DNA of 54,015 bases, filler included, from Jimgerdemannia flammicorona (taxonomy: Eukaryota), in the NCBI GenBank assembly GCA_003990765.1. It is 3 parts of 3 records of this genome, joined end to end, with 100 filler letters (N's around TTAATTAATTAA, not from the genome) between each part and the next. Parts side by side here need not be neighbours in the genome. Positions count along the whole stretch, not along the records: positions 18,041 to 35,978 come from RBNJ01002357.1; 2 more parts are not named here. One strand, 5' to 3'. This document shows positions 22,642 through 36,078 of the stretch, piece after piece. Numbering within the stretch: position 1 is the first letter of the stretch; each line of letters opens with the position of its first letter. A program made the translations under genes and the position numbers. Below the pieces are notes generated by a model, which was not told the origin of the DNA, searched no databases, and saw nothing but the letters and a program-made list of their open reading frames with translations.

Positions 22642-25600
22642 CTAACCAGTGAAAATCCTAAACACAAGATAACAGCACGCGCCCGTGAACCTGAACGCCG
22701 ACAGGCCTGCGACGGACCACAGGATGAAGGCGAAGTAGGAGTTGGAACGCTCTGTGAAGTTGCCAAACCAATGCAAGAGCTGGGCGTTGGTGATAATGGC
22801 GACGAGTATGAGGTTGGACGTGATCCAGAAGATGACGAGGCGCGTACGGAAGCCCTTGTAGTAGTCCTCCTGCTTGGTCTTGGCGTCGCGGTGCTGGGGC
22901 GCCTCCACCACCGTCTTCTGCAAGTCCAGGCACGCCTCCTCGTAGGCAGCGTTCAGGTCCTTCTGTTCTGTAGGGACGGCAACTTCAACAGTCTGGGCAC
23001 CCGAAGCGTCCTTCTTGGAAGCGACCACTCCCAAATCAGTGGCGACGGTGTTGTCACCTTTGGTACCCCAACTAATAAAGGAAAAACGGCGAGGTTCGTT
23101 AATGAAAAGATCAATACGGTGAGTGAAAAATCATAATGATGCAATATAAACTAGATGACACACCTAACGTCGTGGGTATTGCAGAAGGCGTAGATGTTGA
23201 GCACGTTGGTGTAGCTCGGCGTCATGAACAGGTACGGGATGAACGAAGTGAACATGTGCCACGGGTCGAAGAAGAGGAAGGAGGCGACGAAGTACATAAC
23301 ATAGGTGGACGCGAGGGAAATGATGATATCCCTGAAGGGACCTTTGCTAATGAGCGAAATGACCGCGGAGGCGCCGCCGCCGGCATTGGCGAGAGCGGTG
23401 GCCACACCAATATAGGTCAACCACACAGCAGCGAACAGTATATATGCCATGAGGAAAGCGAAGAAGATCATGCATCCAACGTATGACCATTTGGCACTAA
23501 AAAGGAAATAGGACGAAATGAATTTTGAAAAGTTAGCGACGGCTGATCAGCGGGATCCAATTCATTGGCGAACCCATCAACCTGAACACGTCGTGAACGA
23601 CTTACCCCTGTGGACGGTTACCCATGGCCATAATGAACTGGATTACGATGAGCAGTATGTAGATGTAGTTGAGGATTTGATGAATGACGCTGCCGACGTT
23701 ATTTGGAAAAGGTGGTTTTTCCATGGTCGACAACGAATCCGTCAGAATGAAAAAGGTTAGGTAGAAGTTGCCCTAATCACGTCGTAGGCGATGTGGAGGA
23801 AAAAAAAAAAAAAAAATTAGTTTCCAAACCAGGACAAAAAGAGAAAATGAAAAAACAAGGACAAAAACAAACAAAAAAAAAAAAAAAAAAAAGGCACTCA
23901 CAATAGCGAACCACGAGAAGATCAGATTGAAAATTGAGTAGGCGTTCTCGATGGTCAACGCGAACTTGCGCCACATGGAGTGATCCGAGCCAAAAATCTT
24001 GCGGAAGTGGTACATAGCGTACACACCGGCGAAGAACGAACCGTTCAACCAACGACGACGTTGCGAGATGAATTCGGGCACACTATCGGGCACATCGGTT
24101 TCACCAAAGGCGGATGAAACGTAGTGCAGGGTCCACGCGGCGTTTTTCTTGGCCACGAGCTCAAAACACAAGATACGATCCTCAGCGAGATACATATTGG
24201 CAGTGAAGATGTCCGCATCGCCACCGTGCTGAGTTTCACCCAAGAAGTACTTCTCGAGCGGGCCAACGCCATTGACGTCGTTCTGGAGGGCGATGTAGCG
24301 GTAGGCAGAGAAGGCACCGGGAAGTACGGAAATGTACCCGAAGACGGACTCGAGGGGCTTGTCAAGAATGTTGGACATCTTATACTCAAAGTTCTGGGTC
24401 GCGACGAGCGGGTTCAAAAGATTGATACCGGCGGTACCAGCCAAGGCACGGATTTCACCGCAAGCACCGGCGACATTGGAGTTGATGTCGAAGGCCTTCC
24501 ACAAGTGATAGATGGAGGTGTTACCGGGCCTCGTACCGACATCGAGCAAGACACAGACGTTGGGCTGGATGATGGGACCAAAGGCCTGGAAGAACCAACG
24601 ATGGGAGTTGATTTTCTTGGCATTCTTCTCCTTCAAACAGAACACGATCTGGACGGGGACGATGTCTTTGTCCGCACCCTTGAATTTGAGCTCGGGGTCG
24701 ACGGAGAGCTGCGTCGTGTACTGGTTATGACGAACAAAATATGATTAATGGCATGCAGACAAAGAATCGAAACAGATGGTAAATCTTTGGATCTACAAAC
24801 CTCATAAATATGAGCCGTAACAGGCTTGCCGTTAACCACATTCTTGGCCACGCCGTCCTGGTAGACACCCATGGCAGCGAGCACACTGAGCGTGCGCGGA
24901 TGGCACTTGGTACGGCCATCGGACACAACGCAGACAACGACTTTGGTCCAGCCATTGGCGCCCCAGGTGCGCGAACGGTCGCGCGTGCACAGGTGCGATA
25001 CGTTCTTCATCACACCGTGCATGGTACGGGTGAAGAGAATTTCATCTTCCTATTGTTTGGAGGGGGCAATGGTTGCAGCAAAAAAGTTAGTCATCGTTGT
25101 CTCTGAGAAAGTGGCTGCTCCATGTTTGTGATCTACTGTGTTTGTGTTTTGTTTGTCGCATCTGCACCAGGTTGTTTACTGGGTGAAATGTCGTCCAATT
25201 GATAGCGGTATCATGCCAATTTCGTGTGGTGACACAACCTATATTTCGCGTCAAATTTTGCAGCTAGATCCAGAACATACGCGCTGTCAAAAAAAAAAAA
25301 AAAAAAAAAAAAAGTTATGGCTGTCCACCGTACTCACATTGTACATGGTCATGACAATAAAAAGTTCGGTCGAGCGGCCAAGTAGCGCCGGTCGAAGGGT
25401 ATAGTTTTCCTTGGAGAAATCTGAGGGATCGCAGGTGGCGGCGGTGTAACGCATATGCGTGAATTCCTTCTCGTCTTTGCGGGGCACAGCCTGCAGATAT
25501 TTCGTCGGGACTGGGCAATCGAGCACGAGGTTACCACCGACGAGCTCGACGCGCCTTGTGGTCTTGTAGCGACGGGGTTGTCTCCGAGGCGCTTCGCCAT

Positions 25601-25895
25601 AGTGGGGGCCGGGGGAGGGGGGTGCCTGGAAGCGCACCCCTGGCTGTGCCTGTGCCTGGTTGCCGTAGGCGTCAAACGCAGGTGGGACGCCGACAGGAGG
25701 ACCCACGGGGTTGGTTTGGAGAAGTGGTTCTGCCATGTAGTCGCCGCCGCCGTAGGCGCGGAAATCCTCCGGATGATCTGGGTACGGGTCAGCAGCGAAG
25801 TTTGGGGCGCGGCTCATGGGTTGCTGCTCGCTGAAGTGAGTGTCGTGCAGAGGGTATTGGTCGGGGAAACCGCCATTATTGGGTGGTTGGGACAT
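22642..25895 (-). CDS. Chitin synthase, division 1 (class I/II-like), ~851 aa
   Basis: Exons 25895-25338, 25049-24801, 24720-23902, 23772-23606, 23496-23164 and 23071-22642 sum to 2556 nt, in frame. Motifs [55 protein letters not shown] and NTHDVSWGTKG. Confidence 0.97.
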
Positions 25896-26689
25896 TGATA
25901 GTTCTTCTCCCTTTTTAAGGTAGTGTTAATGAGGGAGCGCTATGTATGTACAGATAGAGAAGGGGGGGTTTTGTGGGCAAGACCACGTGAGGTTTTGGTG
26001 CGCGAGTTGGGAGAAACAGGACACGAAGAAGCGTGGGGAGAGTATTTATTCTGGGTCTTTGTCACCTCAAGAAGAGCGAGGAGGGCTTCGGAGCCTTGAC
26101 GGGGGGCTTTGACGTCCACTGCCCAATCACCTTCGCGCCTGTCTGGCTATTCTTACTCATGTCGAGAAACGGCAAAGCCCCTAACGTGGCTGAGCCGCCT
26201 CCCACACCCCGATTGGACCCCCTTTGCAAACGTAAAAATATAACCTATGGTTGCTCTTGCCGCCCCGGTCGAGACGCATGCGGCAAAAGCTGCAAACGGT
26301 AGCTCTTGTCGTTTACTAGCTGTGACGTATTGCGTGACCTTGTGAATATATCTACTTAGCACTGCATAAATCCGCCCATAGTTTGGTAGTTCGTGATGAC
26401 AGTGGATAGTTGCCAGCTATTGTTATTTTCGCTCGCTGGCTGGAAAACCCAACCTCCGTGTGAGGGATACGACGCGAGGAAAATCGATGACCTTCTCGGG
26501 GCCCACCCGGAGTTCCCAGTACGGATGAAGCCGAAATGCAAGACAACAGCGATTTTTTTTTTTGCTCCATTGATTAGAACGCCACTATAATCCCCACCTT
26601 CGCTTTCTTTCTCCCCGAAACCTGGCCACATGAAATGTGAAACATTTCCTGAAACGTAAGTGCAATCAATTTATGTGTACTTGATTTAA

Positions 26690-27140
26690 TCAGAATCTGA
26701 CGGCTTTTAATATATAATTACTACTACTAACTATAATTGTATTAAGCTATTGAATATTGAAAAATATTATAATGATGTAGATGAATAAATAAAATATAAC
26801 TTTTAATTTTATTTATATTAAACTATTATACCTTATGATAATTCTTATTTACTAAATAATATTTACTAATAATTAGATATTAAATTAGATGGTAAATAAA
26901 TAACAGATTATAATAATTCAGTTTAATAAATATATTTATTGTTTATTATTTAAAATAAAGAAAATTTGTGAAAAGTAAAGAGATAACATTATTATATTTC
27001 CTTAGAAAGTAGTGGTGAATAATTTATTTAAATCAGCATCTATAACAACCTGTTTACATAAATATAATATGAATAAATAGATTCTATGATCCTCTAATTC
27101 AGAAACACAATAGATATTTATAATTAGAAACTTATAATCG
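26690..27140. other. AT-rich island, probably an eroded transposon remnant
   Basis: Abrupt switch to very AT-rich, CpG-poor sequence inside an otherwise balanced intergenic region. No convincing termini found. Confidence 0.4.
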
Positions 27141-30100
27141 AAAATTTATGGCCCGATTTACAGGACATGCTAGTCTGACAATGGTCGATCCATGTCAAAA
27201 GTAACGACCCAAAGTACATCTTGGCGTTGTCAGCCCTTGAAAACTATCGCGTGGACAAGAGTATCAAGACCTCATGATTTCCGGTTCCATGGGCACTTTG
27301 CATGTGCCGTGGGAGGATGCTCATGGAAGGATGGCTGTGCCATAATTATGAGTGGCGATAAAAATAGTGGTGGTGGTACATGTATAGATGTGGCAATTCT
27401 TGGATGCTGACAAGTTTCTATTAAAAAAAGGGCTTACTTATGCAATTTACAGGTGCACAAAGCACGCAGCCTGTGACCTTGGCATCTAAAACCAAGAAGC
27501 ATCTATCCTCATATGCGAAGAAACGAAGGAGAGATTGTAAAGACATTAGCATTTTCTTTGTTGCCTATCCTATCCACCGCGCCGAATGAGTGCGCCACCG
27601 TCGATACACCCGTGAGATCCCGCCTGGTGGCACCAGGTAGCCCAGCACGCTAACGCACCATTTCGGGGTCCCCCCATAGAAGGCTGAGCAGCCACGGAAG
27701 CTTCGACCATTTCATCTCCAATGCGCACGTAATCTTTTTGTGGTCATTCACGCGACCTTTTTGTTTGACACAATGCTCCCTGCTTGTTTGGTGTCGTATA
27801 TATATACAATCCTCCATGCCCTGGATTTCGCAGTCAATGATCTCCTCTAAATAGCTTTTGAAATAACGTATGAATACCTTCAGTAAACTTCAACTCTTCA
27901 GTAAAATACAAAAGCACTAAGAATTACTCCTGCGAAAAAGATTGGGTCATGAAAAATTCAATTTAGGAGCTCCAAGAATTGACTCAAAGAACGACGAGAT
28001 TCCACACGGAAAATCGTATTCTTACACGTAACATGTCTTAAAGTTTTCGGCCTAAACCTTTCAGAGACATTGATAACATGTCTTTAAAGATGATTCAATC
28101 TTCTCAAACTGCAGCAGGCCTACGGCTTAATATTTCACAACAGCACCTAAGTAACCTCATTAAGTCAGGGAAGTGTTTAAGAAGCAGTATATTAAGTATA
28201 TCATCAAAATACTAAATGATATAGTTCAGTAATACAAGGTAATGATCGATCGGGAAGAATGAACATAAAAATCAATAAAAAACCGATCTGACCGCTAGAA
28301 CTGGATATGTTCTCTTTACATCCACCACCTTGGCAGCGGTGGCTGGTGGCCTGGCGAGTTGGCGGCGACCTGCGAGCGACGGTTGAATCTAATTTATGTA
28401 ATAACAAACAATGTATTTTCTCTGGGCTTTTCTACATGGAGCTGTTCTTAGGGCCTTAGGGGCACCATAATGATGTAAGCCGGTGGCTAGTAATGGTCAA
28501 TTCTATCTATCTGAGTCCGTAGGGTACCAATTTATCCCACTTAGCTTTCCTCTCTCCCCTCCAACACATTCCAATCTCTCTAATGTCGGGATATATTGGT
28601 TTGCTACTACTGAAAGCGAATATTTGAACTGTTGCCAAGGGAAAAAAAAAAAAAAAAAAAAATAGAAATAGAATGAATCATGATATTCATCCAGCGCTGC
28701 TCAAAGACAAACTCAACTCCATATACCTTATCCCGTGTCCGTCGAACCACTGGCCTATAGCTAGGCCGACCGTCACCTTCATCATGATTGTCGACAATCT
28801 AGGAAGACTGTTGCTCAAGTTGGTGCTCGCCTACCTCGATATCGCCTGCGTGTAGGTGTTTCTCGCTTACCCTGGCTCTTTGCACCAGCATTCAGCTAGC
28901 AGAATTGTAGATAAATCATTGCCCATCTCAGAGATTCGGATTAAAAAATTTTTTTTTTTAAAAAAAAAAGAAAAGGCCAAATATATATCCCTTAGTGCAA
29001 CACGTTATACATGCAAATTTGCCTGCCTTTTTATTTATTTATATATACGGAAAAGAGGCGTTTCCATTGCTTCTCACCGAGTTACGCACTCTTACCTCAT
29101 CCATGTGAAAATTAATATAGGTATCCGCGAGCAACATGCCACATGAGAGCAAGGCGCTTTCCGGCACATCCGAGAAGACCGGGGAACAAAGTACATACGG
29201 GTCTGTGGTTTGTGGGACCTTTAAGGAGATGGTCTGACTCGACAAACGGGCGGTTATCTGGGTTCAAGAGGTAATATCGTCGTATGGCATGGGATTGTTG
29301 GATGAGTTCTCTGACATACCAAACATTAATGCTTCGTCATCCTGGGGAATGAGCAAATTTCCGATTATCACGAATTCTTCGATTACGGTATTGTTCCCTC
29401 ATTAGAACAATGAAAACCTGTGGATGCAGGCTTATACTTTCCAAATGGTCACGTTTACGCCATAGTAACACCGTGTACGACCAATTAGTGTGCTATCATC
29501 AAGGAAACGGAGTGTTGAATCGTTGACCCAGAAAGACTCTATTCTTGTTTTGGTTGGGCAACATTTTCTTTAGGTGTTCATCCAGTAATAATTCTAAGTT
29601 AAATGACCATGTCCAGGTAGGAAACTCGCTTGTTGGTTCCCGCTCGTTTTGAGTGACAGAAAGCAAAAGAAATTGAGCACAGGATAGTTAAAAATGCCAT
29701 CGTTTGCCTTGGGTCTATACATTAAGGCAAATTGTGTACCGAGAATAGATTGTTCGCAACGTTGTTCCAAATTAAAGCTGTAGCTGGTGTAGGGAGATAT
29801 GTGAACATGTGATTTCGCATTTCAACAATGTAGATTTCGTCAATCGCCAAGCTGTTTCCGCCACAATTTCTTTTTGGAGAATCATTGGCACATCATCGAC
29901 TATTGTAGAAGTACAGTACTTGACCACCATGACCAAGCCTTCAACCGTCGTCAGAAAGAGGCCACACCCTTCTCATTTCATCCCCTTTGGCGATTTTTTG
30001 GGGATGGGGGGAAGGGGGGGGGTGAATGTGCATGGTTTAATCCGTTATGTTTCCAGATGGCTCCTTCGCAAATACCATCATTGAAGTAAGCGATGACGTA

Positions 30101-30813
30101 ACGAATGCTCTCCGTGACTCACGCCCCTACCCGAACATAACCCGCGTGATCCAGAATTTTCACGGGGCCATTTACGGCGCATCAACACGCGGATTTGGGC
30201 GCGCCATCGAGCAATTGTCTCGTTGCTTCTAGACCGCAAGAGGTGCATGACCACACAAGACACGCGCTGGTTTTCAGTGGACGAATACCATAGGCAATTG
30301 ACGGGATGGCATTATCGGGAGTCTGGGGCATTTTCGCAGAGTGGCGGTCGTGATGATGGTGACTGCTTTGTTGGATATGCCAAATTTGGAACGGACGAAT
30401 AATAAGGGGGTGTGAAGCACAGGGACGAAGAGGGTACGGAGAAGCGGGATATTACTTATGCATTTGTTGGGGGGGGGGTAGGTGGTGTTTGTTGTGATCG
30501 GGGAAAGCCTGTCAGCGGAAATAATAAGTAGGTAAGCCTCTCAACATGGGCGACAACGTGGAAACAGGGCATTTATCACAATTCAAGCGGAGCCTTTCGC
30601 GGTGCGGTTCCGTGGGCTGGGCACACTACTGTGTGTTGCATGAGCCATTCCTAATTTTAGCGTCTGCCGCTACAGTCACATAAACCTTGCAATAATTACC
30701 CAGTCCATTACAATTATTGCGGTGTCGCAAAAAACACATCCTCTTCTTCTTCTCTGCTCCGAACAAGAAACCCCCCCCCTCTACCCCTACTATCTTTCAC
30801 CACAAGAAACCAA

Positions 30814-31975
30814 ATGGGTCAAGCCAAGAGCAAAGAGAACGCCGCCTTGGCTCGCTCGACTCACTGTATGTGTTGGGCCTCATCTCTTCCCATCTGTCTC
30901 AGACAGCCTCACAAGCGCCTCTTGTAACCCCCCAATGGGAAACCCCGGCTATTTTGCCCGGAGACTCATACACGTCTCCTCTCTCCTTTCCTGTCTTTGC
31001 ATCCTGTCCATTCCATAGTCACTGCCAAAGAAATCAACCACCTTAGACACGAATTCGAAAACATCGTCGGCACTGGAGACGCACAGACTAACGAAATTAC
31101 GGAAGAACAGTTCAAACGGGTGGGTATACTACACTGGTTTTGGCCCAAGCGAAATGCTTGGTGTTCATTCGCCCTAAATAGCGTGCAAACGCTAGTACAT
31201 CTCGCTGCCTTTGCTCTTTTCGGTTAAAGCCCATTGTGCGGATGACTGCACCACCACGCCACCCTTTGTGCCTTTGTTAGAAGCGCAATGCTTGCTTACT
31301 TTTCCGCAATTATCCCTCCTTTTCTCTGTGCCACCTTCGTTTCATCTCGAACGCGTCCAACTCCCTTCTAGACCGTAAAGAAATATGTTCCCACGGTTAC
31401 CCCAGGCGATGACGCCTTTTTGGCACGGCTATACTCTGCGTTTGACGCCGATAATAACAAGTCGATCGATTTTCGGTGAGTTTCATGAATTTACTTCTTA
31501 ATCACTGGAATCGTGTGACAACCGGCGTAAGCCAGAAATAGTCTATTGCAATGGAACCATGATGACGAAAATACCCCAAAGGCAGCTTAGCGACTCGGGG
31601 AATTTCTGCGTTTTTTGAGTTATGTCCTCGTGATTTTTATTTTATTAAACATTTGCATATACTTATAATAACAGGGAACTCGTTGACGGCCTGAGCGTGT
31701 TCATGAAAGGCACGCCGGAGGAGAAGCTTGTGCGTACGTTTCATGTTCAATTTCTCAATCTCATTTTCATTATCATGTTGGCTACTTTGAACATCGTACC
31801 ATTTGCATTCGATATCATGTATCTGGAACTTATCTCACAAGCTACTCTTAATGTCACCTCAGTTTCTTTCAAGCTTTACGATGTTGATCATGACGGCTTC
31901 ATAACTCAACCGGAACTGGAACGCGTAATGACTCAATTGGTACGTTTACTATTATCTTTTACCCGCTGAGTTTGG

Positions 31976-32022
<47 letters not shown>

Positions 32023-33003
32023 CTTCATTCCGCCTCTCCCTTTTGTTTTTTTTTTTTTTTTCTTTTTTTGTTTTTTTTTTTTTTTTTTCTTTTTCCTCCT
32101 TTGTGTTTCGGCGGATTTATGAGGGGACAAAATACTGTTTTGCCTATTAAACACACGTCGTGACCATTTATAACATGTATAACGTCCATTATTTTCTGCT
32201 TGAAGTTTGGGTTGGCTTATCATTGCGTTTTTGGACGATGGGGTTACTTTGCCGTACACCAACAGTTCATTGCGAATACGGAAATTCAGTATCCATCAAA
32301 ATTAATTTAACAAACCTACTAACCGACATATTTGCGCACTCTCTCTTTACAACAACTTTTCCTATACGACTCTCGCAAACAAACTTCATCAACCATAGTC
32401 CATGGTATTTGATGATGAGGATCGATCATTAGAAATTCGCGAGTTGGTGCACCGTATGTTCGAGGATCTCGATATTAACGGCGATGGCAGGCTGGTACGT
32501 TCACGATATCGAATGTATGGGAAATATTCATTCTTGCCATTATGAAAGACACTTGATTCTGAAGCCCATTCATCCTACACCTACAGAGTCTTCATGAATA
32601 CAAACTCTCCGCCATGAAGGAACCCCTGATTGTCGATTTCCTCGAACAATTCCTCGCAGAGCACGACCTCTCAACACAACCCTCTCCGCCCTCGCGCCCC
32701 GCGTCCATCCGCTCCTTCCGTGCCGGCTCGCCTAACCGTCTCTCGCAACGATCTTCCTTCCGCCTATCGCAGGTCGACCTCCTCGAAACCCTGCACGCGC
32801 ATGCCCAACAGGGGCTCGACACCGCCCTCGCTGGCGACGGCATGGCCGGGTCGCCGACATCGGGCAGCAGGTCGCGGTCGAACTCGAGCACCGGCAGCCC
32901 GACGACCAAAGCCCCGAGCCCGTTCGATAATCCGTTCGGAAATCGGCATAGGTTGTCGAGGGGGATAAGCCATAGCAGCCTGCATGCGTTCATACAGCCA
33001 TGA
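30814..33003 (+). CDS. N-myristoylated EF-hand calcium sensor (NCS-1/frequenin or calcineurin-B-like) with Ser/Arg/Pro-rich C-terminal extension, ~301 aa
   Basis: Exons 30814-30865, 31019-31119, 31372-31475, 31675-31733, 31863-31939, 32399-32494 and 32587-33003 sum to 906 nt, all GT-AG. N-terminus MGQAKS. EF loops DADNNKSIDFRE, DVDHDGFITQPE and DINGDGRLSLHE. Also has KGTPEEKL..SFKLYD. Confidence 0.9.
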
Positions 33004-33882
33004 GTGGGCGCCGAGGCGATACATCAATCATTGTGTGTGTGCTGTGTGTGACGTTGAGAAGGGCTAATTTCGGCGGGAAGTGGGGAGCATCCTTCGTCGA
33101 GGTCCGCGCGATGATTGCAGGTCTGCTGTGACGCTTGTGACCACGATGAGGTGGGTAGGATGGATGCATTGACGTGTTTTCGATGTCGAGGATTTTTCTG
33201 GGTTTTGGGCACAACTTGAAGTTTGTTTTCGGAAGGGTTGGGCAAGGGATTCGTCTTGGTGTCATTCGTAAATTGGTTGGGGCTTTGCCGTACAATCTCA
33301 CTCGATCCTGATCCCATCTCGTGTAATCCTCGACCGGGCTTATATTGATCTCCCCTTATATTGTACCGTTTCTTCGTATATTATGTTATCCTCCCACTAA
33401 ATGTATCTTATACCCAACCTGTGCATCTAGCTGAAGTTCATTTTTCCGTTTCATCATTGATACTTTCATGTCCGTCTGTGATGTGGTGGGTGTGTTGTGC
33501 TGTGCTGTGGTTGACATGATGAATGACCTGTTGGAAAGTCTTCAATTTCGCATGGTTTACACAATTGGTTCTATATCTTGGGACAAACAATATTAATAAC
33601 CCACAACAGTCAGTATGGATCGCAAATACGTATACGATTTTTTGAAAGTGTTCCAGACACAAAACAAACCTTCCGAGTTCAGTCCGGAAGGAGAATACCC
33701 TATAATTCGACCACAGCGCCCATATACCACCTATGCTTCCCTTAAAACTCTTGCTTTCGCTTCCCTCTCGCGACTTCTCATGGGCGTAGGGTATGATGCG
33801 ACTAATTAGACGGTGACGTCATCCATACGTGACACGGCATCTGGATTCAATCTCAATCGCGTCATTCCATAAATCACACATC

Positions 33883-34454
33883 ATGTTGCGAACTCTGTCG
33901 AGTGTCAATTACCGCCTCCAAGCCGTGCGGACTTTCACGCAGGTATGGAAGGAGTTGGTGTTACCCAACATAAGGAAGGATGTGACCTTTTTGGGTTTCT
34001 CGTTCCGAACCGCAAACCCATTCATTGTCTTTTCCTCCGAACGCAGACGTCCTTCTTCAATAGCCGGTACGGCGACCTTGTCAATCACATCCAAGCCACA
34101 GTCCCTATCCATGAAATTACTCCGTCCGACCTCCGTGCCACACTCCAAGCCACCTCGATGTGGCCTGTGGTGATCGATGTTCGTGAGTCATCCGAACACG
34201 CGGAAGGCAAGATCCCGCACGCCGTGTGCCTTTCGCGCGGGTTGCTGGAACGGGATGTGGAGAAGGTGGTGAGCGTGGAATCTGAGCGACCCATCGTGGT
34301 GTATTGCGCGGGTGGCATGCGGAGCATCTTGGCGGCGGAAGGGTTGATCAGGTTGGGGTATGCGAAGGAGAGGATTTTGAGTTTGAGGGATGGGTTTGAT
34401 GGGTGGAAGAAGGAAGGTTTTGAGATTGAGATGCCCAAGGAAGAACGCAAATAA
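33883..34454 (+). CDS. Single-domain rhodanese/sulfurtransferase, ~155 aa, probable mitochondrial presequence
   Basis: Exon 1 (33883-33942) encodes MLRTLSSVNYRLQAVRTFTQ, followed by intron GTATGG...GCAG. Exon 2 (34047-34454) has VIDVRESSE, GKIPHA, active-site loop VYCAGGMRS and LRDGFDGW. Confidence 0.9.
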
Positions 34455-34947
34455 TCCAACACCACTCCCAGCGTTCATGATTCCGGGGTGTCATATACAG
34501 AATATGTAAATCCACAAACAATACTTGTGGAAGCTGAATAAGATGAAGAGCATATTTCCAATGATCGATTCATACCATCGTACAATTTCAAAAGCATGGA
34601 TTCAGGTACATTTAAGGAAGACGGCATCTATCCGCATCCGATTAACCATAGCATCAGCGATCTGTGGAGGACAAAAATTCTGACGACAATTAATAAGAAA
34701 CTAATTCCGATTGCTCCGAACGCAGGAGGGATAGACGGGAATGACACTGTAGTACAAGCGAGAGATTTACTCTGGCTTACCTAGTACCGCGCAGTCCGTT
34801 TGAGTTTTGTTGGTGAATCTGAAATTCTTTCTTTTCCTTTTTTTGCTTGAAGTATCTCAATTACATCCGCTAAAGAGCGAGCAATCATAATCGTTTAAGC
34901 GGAATATGGATGAACTAAGAAGAAGGCAAGTATTCAGAGAACTGCTT

Positions 34948-35002
<55 letters not shown>

Positions 35003-35149
35003 GAAAGAACGCGTGCAACGAAGCTAAGATTTCTCTATCAGCAATCCAACAGGTGCATTTTTCAGCAAGACGACCCGCCCATTCAAGATAAATTTCAGTT
35101 TGCGGCTTGCAGGTTGCGGGTTGCGAATTAAATTGAATCCTGAATCAAT

Positions 35150-35978
35150 TAAAAAAATAAAAATAATTAATATTTCATATTTTTATAGAGATTTCTGCCT
35201 GCATTATAAAGAAAGGGATAACTATTAACTATGTCACTATAGATTAAAAAAATAAACATATTAAAGAGACTGAATATCAGTATATTGAAAATATATATTA
35301 ATCTGTAAAATAAATATAAATAAATTTAAAGATACAGATAAATTTATCTGTTAAAATATAATTAGTTATAATATTATATATTATATTATAATTTTAAAAA
35401 AAGAGTAAAAAAAGTTTTATTAAGTAAACTATATAAAAAAATTATTATAATAAGTAAATATTATTTTAAAATTTAATATAAATAAATATTAACTAAGATA
35501 TATAAGTATTATAATTATTTTTTAGTTATAGCTTATTTTTATATATTTTTTTCTAGTCTTTTTTTTATCTTTTTTTTTTTTTAAAAAATATTTTAGTATT
35601 TTTTAAATATTTAAAATTTTTCTCTTAATATTAAAACTTTATTAGAATATATATATATATAGTATATAATTTGTATAATGAATTATTACAAGTCTCTGAA
35701 ATTTCTGATAGAAATTTCTATAGAATTTTCAACTAGTAGTTATAGTTATCCAAAATAGTACAACTATATATAGATATATCTAGCATACTATATTTAGTTA
35801 TAGTCTTTGAATATATATATCCCTTTGACTGTTTTGCACCTATATTTAGAGGCAAGATTTTAAAAGTTTATAACTTTTAAAATCATAATAACTTTTAAAA
35901 AAAAATTTACCAATAATTTTTTATATAATAATTCTACCTTTGGTAAAAATTTTACAAAAAAAAAAAAATTTGTTTTTA
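35150..35978. other. Very AT-rich eroded repeat DNA at the contig end
   Basis: AT-rich, CpG-free, with no ORFs in the track. Confidence 0.5.
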
Positions 35979-36078
35979 NNNNNNNNNNNNNNNNNNNNNN
36001 NNNNNNNNNNNNNNNNNNNNNNTTAATTAATTAANNNNNNNNNNNNNNNNNNNNNNNNNNNNNNNNNNNNNNNNNNNN
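35979..36078. other. Artificial contig linker / assembly gap
   Basis: N-run containing TTAATTAATTAA (36023-36034). Confidence 0.97.

Noticed and set aside
20651..25898. Long antisense ORFs over the macro-domain and chitin synthase genes
   Set aside because: Expected shadows of GC3-rich coding sequence.
31970..32100. Long poly(T) tracts here and in other introns
   Set aside because: Generic intronic homopolymers of this genome. No TSD or element body is attached, unlike the retroposon tails.
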